Below, piece after piece: positions 39,078-47,390 of a DNA stretch of 64,000 nucleotides. Source of the stretch: Dehalococcoidia bacterium (lineage in GTDB: Bacteria; Chloroflexota; Dehalococcoidia; Lucifugimonadales; Australimonadaceae); NCBI GenBank assembly GCA_965249325.1, contig CBDFLP010000017.1:1001-65000 (forward strand), given 5' to 3'. The position numbers and the translations under genes are program-made. Each line of letters starts with the position of its first letter. Position 1 is the stretch's first letter. The notes under the pieces are model-generated. The model made no database searches. It saw only the letters and a list, made by a program, of their open reading frames with translations, and was not told the DNA's origin.

Positions 39078-39330
39078 GCTCCTCCGTGGATCCGTGTGAA
39101 CCTGACGTAACGCCGGTCGGAGCGGGAGGCGTAGCGGGGGGCCTTGTCGATCTGGGTGATGAACCTCAGACTATGCGCGTCATGCTTGAGGATTCGGAAG
39201 GATCGGCCTATGTTGCGCACCTCGTGCTGCGGGGCACGTACCTACCCGGCACGGTGCCGTTCATCCCGCAAGGGACCTGTGGAAGAAACTCAGGCCTGAT
39301 GATTACCAGACACACCTCTCCGCACTCGAG

Positions 39331-40557
39331 ATGGAATTGCCCGCCTTCACGCAGGCGGTGAAGATGGCCAACCAGGCCCGCGTGGCTGCAAACGGCGGAC
39401 GCACCGGTAGCGCCCCCAGCTTTCCCATGCTGGCCACCAACGTGGGCCAGCTGCGCCAGTTTGTCACTGACGTCGACGGCTACAATCACCCCGATGGCCC
39501 GCCTGCGCAACCGCCTCCCGTGCCGACATGCGCCAATGGGACCGCGGTGTCGAGCCCAGCGATGAACCGCGGACTGGTCCACGACTGCGAGGCGCTGCTG
39601 GCCGCCAAGGACACGTTGCGGGGCACGGGGTCGCTAGACTGGAGCGCGGAGACCGCCATCACGAGCTGGGAGGGGGTCACGACGACTGCCATACCTAGCC
39701 GGGTGACGCCCACCACGGTGGACCGGGTGACGGAGCTGAAGCTGTCGGACGAAGACCTGATGGGGAGCATCCAGGCTGAGCTGGGGACACTGTTCGAATT
39801 GGCGGTCTTGGACCTGAGTTCGAATGCGTTGACGGGAGACCTCCCGGCTGAGTTGGGCTGGCTGTCCAATCTGACGGAGGTCCGGCTGTCGGGGAACCAG
39901 CTGACAGGCTGCATACCGGTGGGGCTGCAGGACGTCGCCACCAACGACCTGAGCTCCCTCAACCTGCTGTACTGCGCACCGCCCGCACCGGAGGGCCTGA
40001 GCGCCGGAACGCCGGGGGACACCAGCGTGGCTCTGAGCTGGACAGCAGTTTCCAACACCAGCAAGTATCGGGTGGAATACCGGAGCTGGGACGGCGATTG
40101 GCTCAGCGACGACACAATCACGGGGACGTCGCATACGATGGACGAGCTGGCCTGCGGGAGGGATTCCTTCTTCCGGGCGAGCGCGTACGGGAGCGGGACG
40201 CTCTATGCGGCGGAGTGGAGCGAGCCATCGGCCGTGGTGTCGGCGACCACCACCGCGTGTGTATCGCCGGTGTTCGAGGCCTCCTCCTACGCCTTCAGCA
40301 TCGCTGACGACGCGGAGGATGTCGCCCTGGGAACCGTGTCGGCGACAGACCCGAACGGGGACACGGTGACATACGCGATCACCGCGGGGAACGACGACGG
40401 GATGTTTGCGATAGGCGCGAGCACGGGAACCCTCACGGTGGTGGGGGAATTGGACTACGAGGCCACCGCCTCGTACACCCTGACGGTCGAGGCGCGGGAT
40501 GGCGATGGCAATGCGGACGCCGCCACCGTGATCGTCAGCGTTGTAAGTGTTAGGTAA
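39331..40557 (+). CDS. LRR-FN3-cadherin-like surface protein, truncated copy (no leader, no anchor)
   Basis: Contains '[12 protein letters not shown]', LRRs ('[13 protein letters not shown]', '[11 protein letters not shown]'), an FN3 ('SWTAVSNTSKYRVEY') and a cadherin-like domain ('[15 protein letters not shown]'). The frame is open upstream to 39190. Ends abruptly next to an IS stub. Confidence 0.7.
   Translation: MELPAFTQAVKMANQARVAANGGRTGSAPSFPMLATNVGQLRQFVTDVDGYNHPDGPPAQPPPVPTCANGTAVSSPAMNRGLVHDCEALLAAKDTLRGTGSLDWSAETAITSWEGVTTTAIPSRVTPTTVDRVTELKLSDEDLMGSIQAELGTLFELAVLDLSSNALTGDLPAELGWLSNLTEVRLSGNQLTGCIPVGLQDVATNDLSSLNLLYCAPPAPEGLSAGTPGDTSVALSWTAVSNTSKYRVEYRSWDGDWLSDDTITGTSHTMDELACGRDSFFRASAYGSGTLYAAEWSEPSAVVSATTTACVSPVFEASSYAFSIADDAEDVALGTVSATDPNGDTVTYAITAGNDDGMFAIGASTGTLTVVGELDYEATASYTLTVEARDGDGNADAATVIVSVVSVR
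39505..40470 (+). repeat. Arm 1 of a roughly 0.95-kb inverted gene-segment repeat (partner about 59095-60030); boundaries approximate
   Basis: 33/33 aa identical ([33 protein letters not shown]) and 67/68 identical ([22 protein letters not shown]...GELDY). The DNA differs only at scattered third positions where I compared it. Confidence 0.8.
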
Positions 40558-40578
40558 TTCGCTGACAGAATTGGGCTG

Positions 40579-40821
40579 GTGAAGCAGCCCCGTCTGGAGG
40601 CGAAGATGCGCGACAACCGAAAAGACCACACCCTCGAACGGAACTACCAGCACAAGTGGCGCCACCTGATCGGCGAGTACGAGCAGGTCAAGGCCGGTAA
40701 GCATCCCCGGTTCCGCTTCGTCCAGGACTTCTACCACGCCCACGGGACCAACCGGCAGACCTTCGACAAGTACTACAATCGCTACCGGCTCTCCGGTGAC
40801 GACGAGGCGCTCCTGAACTAG
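40579..40821 (+). mobile_element. Truncated transposase N-terminal (HTH) stub, IS481/rve-type by resemblance
   Basis: 'HPRFRFVQDFYHAHGTNRQTFDKYYNRYRLSGDDEALL' resembles the HTH leader of rve-type transposases. No catalytic domain follows. GC content drops here. Confidence 0.45.
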
Positions 40822-40888
40822 GGTAACGTACTAAGTGAGACAATGCGGAAGCGCCTTCCAACCTGGACGCGGTTCACGGGGAGCGACC

Positions 40889-42151
40889 ATGAGCATTGGA
40901 GCCTTTGCAAATTACAAGAGACCTTTGACCTTAGTCTTAGGAGGAATAGCTCTTGTCTTGGTTTTCACTGCATCTTCTCCTAGCTGTGACGGCGGTGATC
41001 CAGCGTACAGATGGTTAAAGATTGAGGAGGCTGCGTATCCTCGTCCTCCTTTGTGGAGCCCGGACGGACAGCAGATAGTGTTCAACGCGGATCTACGGAT
41101 GTACTCCGCCTCAGTTGACGGGTCCAGTCTCTACTCATTCCCTCACGGCGGTGAGTTTTCGCTCGAGCATGCATGGAGCATCTCGCCCGATGGCCTCATT
41201 GCGTTTACTAGCTACCAGGGTAGTGGCTTTTTTGAGATTGAGACGGCGTTACTCGACGGGTCCGAACGCCGTCTACTCGCAGAGGAGTATCCGCTTGGTG
41301 CTTATTACCCCGCCTGGTCCCCCGACGGAACGCGTCTGGCTTTTGTTGGAATAGCGAATTTGGAAAGGCCGGACGGGCAAAAGCAATCAATCCGGACTAT
41401 ATACACAGTGAATAGAGAAGGTTCAGATGTACGCCATTACGAGCGTGCTATCCCGGCTATGATGTTGTACAACGAGCCGGCAACATGGTCTCCAGATGGG
41501 CGGCACATCGCGTTGTTGCTATGGGACTGCCGACGTGATGGTGAGGAATTCTGTCCAGTCTATATCGAGGTCATCAACGTCGACACTTCTGAAGCGATGC
41601 GCGTTTCCGAGACGGTGAGTCGCCCGGCGTGGTCTCCCGACAGCAGCCGCATAGCCTTCATTCAATCCAAGAACGGGGTGGAGACGATTGCTACGATACG
41701 CCCGGACGGGTCTGATTTGCGTGAGGTGGCATCTCTCCCTGAAGCAGTGTCCCAAGCTGCAGTGCCAAAAAACGGCTGGCCTCTGCCAGGAAGCTGGGGA
41801 GGACCGTGGAGACGGTGGATGTCATGGTCACCCGACGGATCGGAGATACGATTGCACTGGAGCCCCTTCGTAACCATCGATGTCGATGGTTCGAACTTGC
41901 GCATCATGTGGGCGCATCCCACCAGCCAGGCCGAGTGGTCTCCTGACGGCTCAAGAATTGCAGTCTTGCTTCCTTACGACCCTCTCGGCGTCAGGCTTCT
42001 TTCGATGGCCTCTGACGGCTCGGATAAGCGCGTCCTGGTGAGATGGGATGAAGTTGCTAACAATAGGTGGGAAGCGGCGCACGGGAGCCCGCCGCCCGAC
42101 GTATTCGACTGGATGTGGACGTCCCCTGATGATGCAGAGGCGCGCCCATAA
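40889..42151 (+). CDS. Membrane-anchored PD40/TolB-like beta-propeller protein
   Basis: ATG at 40889 (MSIGAFANYKRPLTLVLGGIALVLVF). Repeats 'WSPDGQQIVF', 'AWSPDGTRLAFV', 'WSPDGRHIALL', 'AWSPDSSRIAFI', 'WSPDGSEIRL', 'WSPDGSRIAVL'. Visibly lower GC than the flanks. Confidence 0.8.
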   Translation: MSIGAFANYKRPLTLVLGGIALVLVFTASSPSCDGGDPAYRWLKIEEAAYPRPPLWSPDGQQIVFNADLRMYSASVDGSSLYSFPHGGEFSLEHAWSISPDGLIAFTSYQGSGFFEIETALLDGSERRLLAEEYPLGAYYPAWSPDGTRLAFVGIANLERPDGQKQSIRTIYTVNREGSDVRHYERAIPAMMLYNEPATWSPDGRHIALLLWDCRRDGEEFCPVYIEVINVDTSEAMRVSETVSRPAWSPDSSRIAFIQSKNGVETIATIRPDGSDLREVASLPEAVSQAAVPKNGWPLPGSWGGPWRRWMSWSPDGSEIRLHWSPFVTIDVDGSNLRIMWAHPTSQAEWSPDGSRIAVLLPYDPLGVRLLSMASDGSDKRVLVRWDEVANNRWEAAHGSPPPDVFDWMWTSPDDAEARP

Positions 42152-42192
42152 CACCGCTATCGAAACTCTCACCGTAAAAGAAGTGCTGGACA

Positions 42193-42440
42193 TCCGGGGG
42201 AACTGGGGACGCTGTTCGAGTTGCCACCGTGATCACCCATACGCCGGATACGGGTTTCAACGGCACTGACGGGTTCGCCTACGCCGTCTCATTCGTCCCG
42301 TCTGAGACGTTGGCGTAGGTGGAAGGTGGGGGTCAGCACCTGCGCGAACGCCGCTGCCGGCTCCGGGCCAAGGGAACCTGGCCTGGTGATGGACTGCGGC
42401 ATCCTGCTGGGGGCCAAGCACACGCTGGAACCAACCTGGA
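42193..42440 (+). pseudogene. Short out-of-frame remnants of LRR / Ig-like surface-protein genes
   Basis: Translations 'GELGTLFEL' (compare AELGTLFELAVLDL), 'TVITHTPDTGFNGTDGFAYAV' and 'MDCGILLGAKHTLE' (compare [14 protein letters not shown]) lie in different frames. Confidence 0.4.
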
Positions 42441-42502
42441 ATACCAGGGAGCACAGAGGAGCGACGCCCCTCTGCCAGGGGACGTAGGGGTATCCCCCAC
42501 AA

Positions 42503-42569
42503 CATGACGGGCGGGAGGGCGGGAGAGTTACGCAAAGATCCCGTCTGCAGGAGAGGATTGAGGAGAGAG
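42503..42569. repeat. Composite REP (collinear with 36511-36586)
   Basis: catgacgggcgggagggcgggagagttacgcaaagatcccgtctgcaggagagg... Confidence 0.65.
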
Positions 42570-42584
42570 CGCAAGCGCCCCGCG

Positions 42585-43016
42585 CTAGTCCTTCGTCCCC
42601 ACCCAGCCGTGGACTGACAGGTCGAACGTCACGCCGTCGGGGCCCGTGAACTTGACCTCCACGTTGCCCCCGCCCGTCTCGCCCGGCCTGCGTCGGTTGT
42701 ACTCTTCCCGGATCTTCGGCTCCGTGTGCTCGACGGCCCCCGCGTCCAGCACCTGGGTCTGCGCGGCGTCCATGTCGTCGACCCCGAACCCGATGTGGTG
42801 GACGCCCGTGAGCTTGGTGGCGCCCTCCGTCACCGCGGCCCACTCCTCCCGCCACTTCAGGATGGCCAGGTTCACGTGGCCGTCGCTCAGGTAATAGCCC
42901 TCCGCCGTCGGCGAGTCGACTCTGCCGACCTGCTTCAGGCCCAGACCTTCCATATAGAACTTGGCCGTGGCCTCCGGGTCGTTCGTTCCGAGAGCGATAT
43001 GACGAATGCGCGCCAT
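42585..43016 (-). CDS. VOC-family protein (glyoxalase I-like)
   Basis: 'IRHIALGTNDPEATAKFY' and 'HHIGFGVDD' motifs. Confidence 0.85.
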   Translation of the reverse strand: MARIRHIALGTNDPEATAKFYMEGLGLKQVGRVDSPTAEGYYLSDGHVNLAILKWREEWAAVTEGATKLTGVHHIGFGVDDMDAAQTQVLDAGAVEHTEPKIREEYNRRRPGETGGGNVEVKFTGPDGVTFDLSVHGWVGTKD

Positions 43017-43100
43017 CGTGCTTCCTCCACTGGATTACGTGGGCCGCAGGATATACCAGCCGCCGCGGAGCGGGGAAATCAGGATGCGACCGCCCCCCTC

Positions 43101-43165
43101 CGTCATTCCCGCGCAGGCGGGGACCTCGTAGCGGCGCAACAGCGGCGCGATCCCTCCCCCACCCA
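43101..43165. repeat. REP family A with tail (cgtcattcccgcgcaggcggggacctcgtagcggcgcaacagcggcgcgatccctccccc)
   Basis: Collinear with 48690-48755. Confidence 0.7.
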
Positions 43166-43237
43166 CGGACATAAACACCAACCAACCGCCATTTCGCGTA
43201 TAGTCCCACCGAAATATACGCAACCCGGAGGCAGCAC

Positions 43238-44230
43238 ATGGACCTGAGACTCAGCATCGCGCTCGCGAACAACCCCCGCACCTGGCCGATCATGACCGGC
43301 GAGGTCAAGCCCGACGGCATCGAATTCATCCCCACGTCCGTCCACGGCTCCGAAATCTTCTGGCGTCAGCTGAAGTTCGCCGAGTTCGATGTGTCGGAGA
43401 TGTCCTTCTCCTCCCTGATGATGGCCATGGCCCACGGCGACACTAACTGGATAGGCCTGCCCATCTTCACCACGCGCAGCTTCTTCCACACCGGCATCCT
43501 GGTGAGAAAGGACGCGGGCATCGAGAGTCCCGCCGACCTGAAGGGCAAGCGCGTGGGCGTCCCCGAGTATCAGCAGACCGCTGCCCTCTGGACGCGCGGC
43601 GTCCTCCAGCACGAGTTCGGCGTCGAACCCAAGGACATGGAGTTCTTCATGGAGCGCGTCCCCGAAGTGAGCCACGGCGGCTCAACCGGGTTCCAAGCTC
43701 CCCCCGGCGTAATCATCAACCAGATTCCCATCGAGAAGAACATCGGCTCCATGATGCTCTCCGGCGAGCTGCAGGCGACCCTCCTCTACTTGCGCGACCC
43801 CAACCTCGTCGACCGCAGCACCGCGGACCTCCACAACCACCCGGACGTCAAGCCCCTCTTCCCTGACACAGACGCCGAGGGCATCCGTTACTTCAACAAG
43901 ACGGGCCTCTACCCCATCAACCACGGCATGGTCATACGCCGCTCGGTCGCAGAGGAGCACCCGTGGGCCGCGCTCAACATCCTCAAGGCCTATGCCGCCG
44001 CGAACGAGCTCACGAACCGCCGCCGCATCGAGCATGTCGAGTACTACGTGCGGGCCGGCCTCGTCACCAAGGAGTCCGGCGCGGCCCTGCGCGAGTCGCT
44101 GATCAAGCACGGCATCCGGGCGAACCGCACGGTCCTCGAAACGGCCGCCCAATACTCCAACGAGCAAGGACTCACCCCCCGGCTGATGAAGTTGGAAGAG
44201 ATCTTCGCAAAGACGACCATGGACCAATAA
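43238..44230 (+). CDS. Periplasmic-binding-protein-fold enzyme, 4,5-dihydroxyphthalate decarboxylase-like (no leader)
   Basis: 'LKGKRVGVPEYQQTAALWTRGVLQHEFGV' and 'PINHGMVIRR' resemble the Pht5/NMT1-like family. Assigned from memory. Confidence 0.6.
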   Translation: MDLRLSIALANNPRTWPIMTGEVKPDGIEFIPTSVHGSEIFWRQLKFAEFDVSEMSFSSLMMAMAHGDTNWIGLPIFTTRSFFHTGILVRKDAGIESPADLKGKRVGVPEYQQTAALWTRGVLQHEFGVEPKDMEFFMERVPEVSHGGSTGFQAPPGVIINQIPIEKNIGSMMLSGELQATLLYLRDPNLVDRSTADLHNHPDVKPLFPDTDAEGIRYFNKTGLYPINHGMVIRRSVAEEHPWAALNILKAYAAANELTNRRRIEHVEYYVRAGLVTKESGAALRESLIKHGIRANRTVLETAAQYSNEQGLTPRLMKLEEIFAKTTMDQ

Positions 44231-44280
44231 CCCCCTCTCCCAGCGGGAGGCCTTTGCATCCCTCAACACTCCCGCCCATG
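44231..44280. repeat. REP variant (ccccctctcccagcgggaggcctttgcatccct...)
   Basis: The 'cctttgcat' core recurs at 38488-38497 and at 48923-48933. Confidence 0.45.
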
Positions 44281-44449
44281 CCGCTTCAGATTCGCATGGC
44301 TCTTTCAGTCTGGCCCGGTCGCCCGCGACTGCTGCCTCGCCTTGACTAATCTCCCCCTCCGCGCCTGCCCACGGCCGGGCGACAGTGTGACAAGGAGCGG
44401 TTGAATGCGCGTGGTTGTCCGCCTATCCTGCGAAGAGGAGCCCCGCAGC

Positions 44450-44632
44450 ATGACCACCCCAGACCACCCCATCACGAAGGAAGAGCTCAGGGAAGAACTC
44501 AAGCACTACGCGACCAAGGCCGACTTGGCCAACGCCAAGGTGGATATCATCAAGTGGTTCGCCGGCTCGATGCTTGCAGGCATGGCCGTGATGACCGGCG
44601 TAGCGGCCGTCCTGCTAAGGCTGTGGGCATAG
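44450..44632 (+). CDS. Small coiled-coil plus C-terminal TM protein (DUF1640/XhlA-like architecture)
   Basis: ATG at 44450 with GAGGAG 10 nt upstream. 'TKADLANAKVDIIKWFAGSMLAGMAVMTGVAAVLL'. Confidence 0.5.
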   Translation: MTTPDHPITKEELREELKHYATKADLANAKVDIIKWFAGSMLAGMAVMTGVAAVLLRLWA

Positions 44633-44644
44633 GAGCTACCAGCC

Positions 44645-44812
44645 ATGCTAAATGTAGTCCTGGGCGTGATAGTGCTCCTCTCGTTCGTGGGTCTAGCCGT
44701 CATCCTGGCCGGAGAAAACTGGGGATTGGCGATCCAGGCCGTCGCCATGGCTGTGCTGATTGGCGCCGTAGCCTGGATCACCAAGTCGGCAGGTTCCGGT
44801 AGCAGGAAGTAG
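44645..44812 (+). CDS. Possible 55-aa two-TM protein (below the ORF-track cut-off)
   Basis: MLNVVLGVIVLLSFVGLAVILAGENWGLAIQAVAMAVLIGAVAWITKSAGSGSRK. Starts 12 nt after the previous stop. Confidence 0.35.
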   Translation: MLNVVLGVIVLLSFVGLAVILAGENWGLAIQAVAMAVLIGAVAWITKSAGSGSRK

Positions 44813-44898
44813 CAGAGGCGCCGTCTCCGTAATCTTCCCGAACGAGATAGGAACGCGCAGCGGTGGTCCGTCTAAGGGCCGCAACCAGGAGGCCAGAC

Positions 44899-45300
44899 AT
44901 GGGCGGAATCAGCGGAGTGAACCACGTGGCGGCGATGGCCAGGGACATGGACGAGACGGTCCGCTTCTACGGCGAGCTGCTCGACATCCCCATCCGCGCC
45001 GTCGTGAACGACGAGCCGGGCCACAAGCACTACTCGTTCAACCTCGGCGGCGAGGGGACGCTCGACTTCTTCGAAGCGCCCGCCGGGACCGCCGGAACGG
45101 CCCGCGACACCGTAGGCGCGCTGAATCATCTCGCAGTGACGGCGACTCCCGAGTTCATCGACACCGTCGAGCGCCGCCTGACCGAGCGCGGCATCGCATC
45201 CCAACCGACGGATCGCGCTGGACAGAAGACCATCTACTTCAGCGACCCGAACGGCATCAACCTGCAGCTCTACCCATCGACCGGCGGCAGCCGCGCTTAA
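44899..45300 (+). CDS. VOC-family protein
   Basis: ATG at 44899 after AGGAGG. 'VNHVAAMARDMDETVRFY' and 'LNHLAV' motifs. Confidence 0.8.
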   Translation: MGGISGVNHVAAMARDMDETVRFYGELLDIPIRAVVNDEPGHKHYSFNLGGEGTLDFFEAPAGTAGTARDTVGALNHLAVTATPEFIDTVERRLTERGIASQPTDRAGQKTIYFSDPNGINLQLYPSTGGSRA

Positions 45301-45510
45301 ACCCCCTCTCCCGTCTGCGAGGAGTGTCTAGTCCGTCTGCGTGGGAGACTGAGAAGGGGTCGTCACTCCCGCGAAGGCGGGAATCCAGGAATCCCCCTCC
45401 CGTCTGCGGGAGGGGTCGCGCAAGCGTAGCGAAGCGCGGGGGGAGGAGAACGCCCCGCCAGCCCAATCGGCGCCCCCGTCCGTCATTCCCGCGCAGGCGG
45501 GAACCTCGCC
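45301..45510. repeat. REP cluster: family B, B, A, B with GTCGCGC tail, A
   Basis: ctctcccgtctgcgagg; gtccgtctgcgtgggag; cgtcactcccgcgaaggcgggaatccagg (45361-45389); ccctcccgtctgcgggagggg; cgtcattcccgcgcaggcgggaacctcg (45481-45508). Confidence 0.75.
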
Positions 45511-45535
45511 CCCGAATGCCGGGCGTTGGGCCCGC

Positions 45536-46483
45536 CTACAGCTCCGCGATGCAGTTGACGGACGGGAGCCCCTCGGCTGCGACGCTCCACTCATCCCCGT
45601 TTGAAGCCCGCATGAGCACTTGCCCGCCGTGCGTGCCTGCGAAGACCTTGCCCTCCTCATCCACGGCGAGAGCGTCGATGGCCTCGACGAGACCCTCGCT
45701 CATCAACGGCGCCCAATCGCCGCCGCCGTTGTCGCTCCGGTAGACCTTGGCGATGGCCCCCTCCGGACGGGTGCGCCAGTTGCGGGGCCTGCCCGCGGTG
45801 GCCGACGCGAAGAGCCGCTCAGGCTCGGTCGGGTCGTTCGCGATGGCGATCGTGTAGAGGTGGTCGAATCCGTCGCAGCGGGACTGCCACGACTGCGCCC
45901 CGTCGCTCGTGCGGAAGAAGCCGACGCCGGTCACCGCGAAGATGTGGTCCTGCTCGCCGGGGGCCGCGGCCAGGCCGTGGACGTCCGGGTGCATGTTCTC
46001 GCGGGCCTCGCTCCAAGTCTCCCCGCCATCCTCGCTCACCATTACGCCCCCCACCTCGACGCCCACGTAAACGCGCTTCGCGTCCGTCCGCGAAACGGTG
46101 ATGGCGCGCACGTTTGGCAGATGGGGCGAAACAGGGAACGTCCATGACCAGTAAGTGGGCAGGTCCTTGAAGCTCAGCACCTCGGTGAACTGCTCGTCCG
46201 CGGGACGGCGGCGATAGAGGACCGCGTTGTCCGCGCCGGCGAACACCGTCCCGTCGATGGCGACCGCCAGCGAGCGGACGTCGACGCCGTCGAGCGTCGC
46301 CTTCCACGTCGCGCCGTCGTCGCTGCTTTCGTAGACGCCCTGCTCGGTGGCGGCGAGAATACCGCCGCCGGCGCGACCCACGGCCTCGACGCGGGACCCG
46401 TCGAGTGCGCGCCTGACAACCTCCCAGGAGTCCGCAGTCTTCTCCAGCGCGGCGAAACCATTGCTCGTTCCTACGGCAAGCAT
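45536..46483 (-). CDS. Asp-box (BNR) repeat beta-propeller protein, no signal peptide (paralog 3)
   Basis: Boxes SSDDGATW, SEDGGETW, TSDGAQSW and SDNGGGDW. Confidence 0.75.
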   Translation of the reverse strand: MLAVGTSNGFAALEKTADSWEVVRRALDGSRVEAVGRAGGGILAATEQGVYESSDDGATWKATLDGVDVRSLAVAIDGTVFAGADNAVLYRRRPADEQFTEVLSFKDLPTYWSWTFPVSPHLPNVRAITVSRTDAKRVYVGVEVGGVMVSEDGGETWSEARENMHPDVHGLAAAPGEQDHIFAVTGVGFFRTSDGAQSWQSRCDGFDHLYTIAIANDPTEPERLFASATAGRPRNWRTRPEGAIAKVYRSDNGGGDWAPLMSEGLVEAIDALAVDEEGKVFAGTHGGQVLMRASNGDEWSVAAEGLPSVNCIAEL

Positions 46484-46522
46484 GAGTCTCCTCCCGTCCC
46501 CAAGGTGCGCCGACTATAGCAC

Positions 46523-46617
46523 CCCTCCGCCATCCCCGCCCCCTCCGCCATCCCCGCCCTCTCCGCGATTCCCGCGAAACCTCTCCCCGTCTGCGGGAGA
46601 CTAAGAAGGGGCCGCCC
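46523..46617. repeat. Perfect 18-bp tandem duplication (CCCTCCGCCATCCCCGCC x2) followed by REP A/B units
   Basis: 46523-46540 equals 46541-46558. Then gattcccgcgaaacctctccccgtctgcgggagactaagaaggggcc. Confidence 0.7.
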
Positions 46618-46667
46618 TTGACGCGGCCGACCGGGACGCCAAGAATGCGCGGCGAGCGAGGTGAGCC

Positions 46668-47129
46668 ATGTCAGAAGCGAACAAGGCCGCCATCCGGCGG
46701 CTGTACAACCGGGTCTACAACGAGGGCGACATCGGCCTTATAGACGAGATGTACTCTCCGGAGGTCGAACTGCACATCGCGGGCATCCCCGAGGACCCCT
46801 TCGGCCCCCAGCCCATCAAAGAGCTGGCGACGATGACGCGCACCGCCTTCCCTGCCATCCACGTCACCATCGACGACCTCGTCGCGGCGGACGACAAGGT
46901 GGTGGCCAGCGTCTCGTTCAACGGAGGGTTCCAGGGCGCGTTCAACGGCCACTCGCCGCGCGCGAACCTCTCGTGGTGGCGGCGTATCGACATCTACAGG
47001 CTGGCGAACGGCGTCATCGTCGAGCAATGGGGCGACCGCGACGACTACACCACCCTCCAGCGCCTAGGCGTAGCCGTCCCCCACTTCGAGGACAAACGCC
47101 CGAACGCCCGCTCCGCCGGCCGCCTCTAA
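46668..47129 (+). CDS. SnoaL-like ester cyclase family protein
   Basis: 'NKAAIRRLYNRVYNEGDIGLIDEMYSPEV' and 'RLANGVIVEQWG' motifs. Confidence 0.8.
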   Translation: MSEANKAAIRRLYNRVYNEGDIGLIDEMYSPEVELHIAGIPEDPFGPQPIKELATMTRTAFPAIHVTIDDLVAADDKVVASVSFNGGFQGAFNGHSPRANLSWWRRIDIYRLANGVIVEQWGDRDDYTTLQRLGVAVPHFEDKRPNARSAGRL

Positions 47130-47132
47130 CGT

Positions 47133-47361
47133 CTTCTCTCCCGTCTGGGGGAGACCGAGAGGCCCCCGTCATTCCCGCGAAAGCGGGAACCCCGGTATCG
47201 GAGCCCTCTCGATAGTCTCATAACCTAATAGGTTCGTGGTGAGCCCGTCGAACCACGAGGCCCGCCAATCAACGCTCCCACCCCGTCATTCTCGCGCAGG
47301 TGGGAACCTCTGTCTGCCCTACCCTCCTCCCCCGTCTGCGGGGGAGGATTGAGGTGGGGGC
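47133..47361. repeat. REP cluster: B, A, C, A, B
   Basis: tctcccgtctgggggaga; cgtcattcccgcgaaagcgggaacc (47167-47195); ttcgtggtgagcccgtcgaaccac (47233-47256); cgtcattctcgcgcaggtgggaacc (47284-47310); cctcccccgtctgcgggggagg. Confidence 0.75.
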
Positions 47362-47390
47362 TGCGGCGGGGGATCGAGGAGGGCGCCGCC

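Noticed and set aside
44318-44384. 8-bp inverted repeat gtcgcccg ... cgggcgac and a TTGACT hexamer upstream of the small membrane-protein pair.
   Set aside because: The loop is about 52 nt, and no -10-like element lies at the proper spacing. Not distinguishable from chance in GC-rich DNA.
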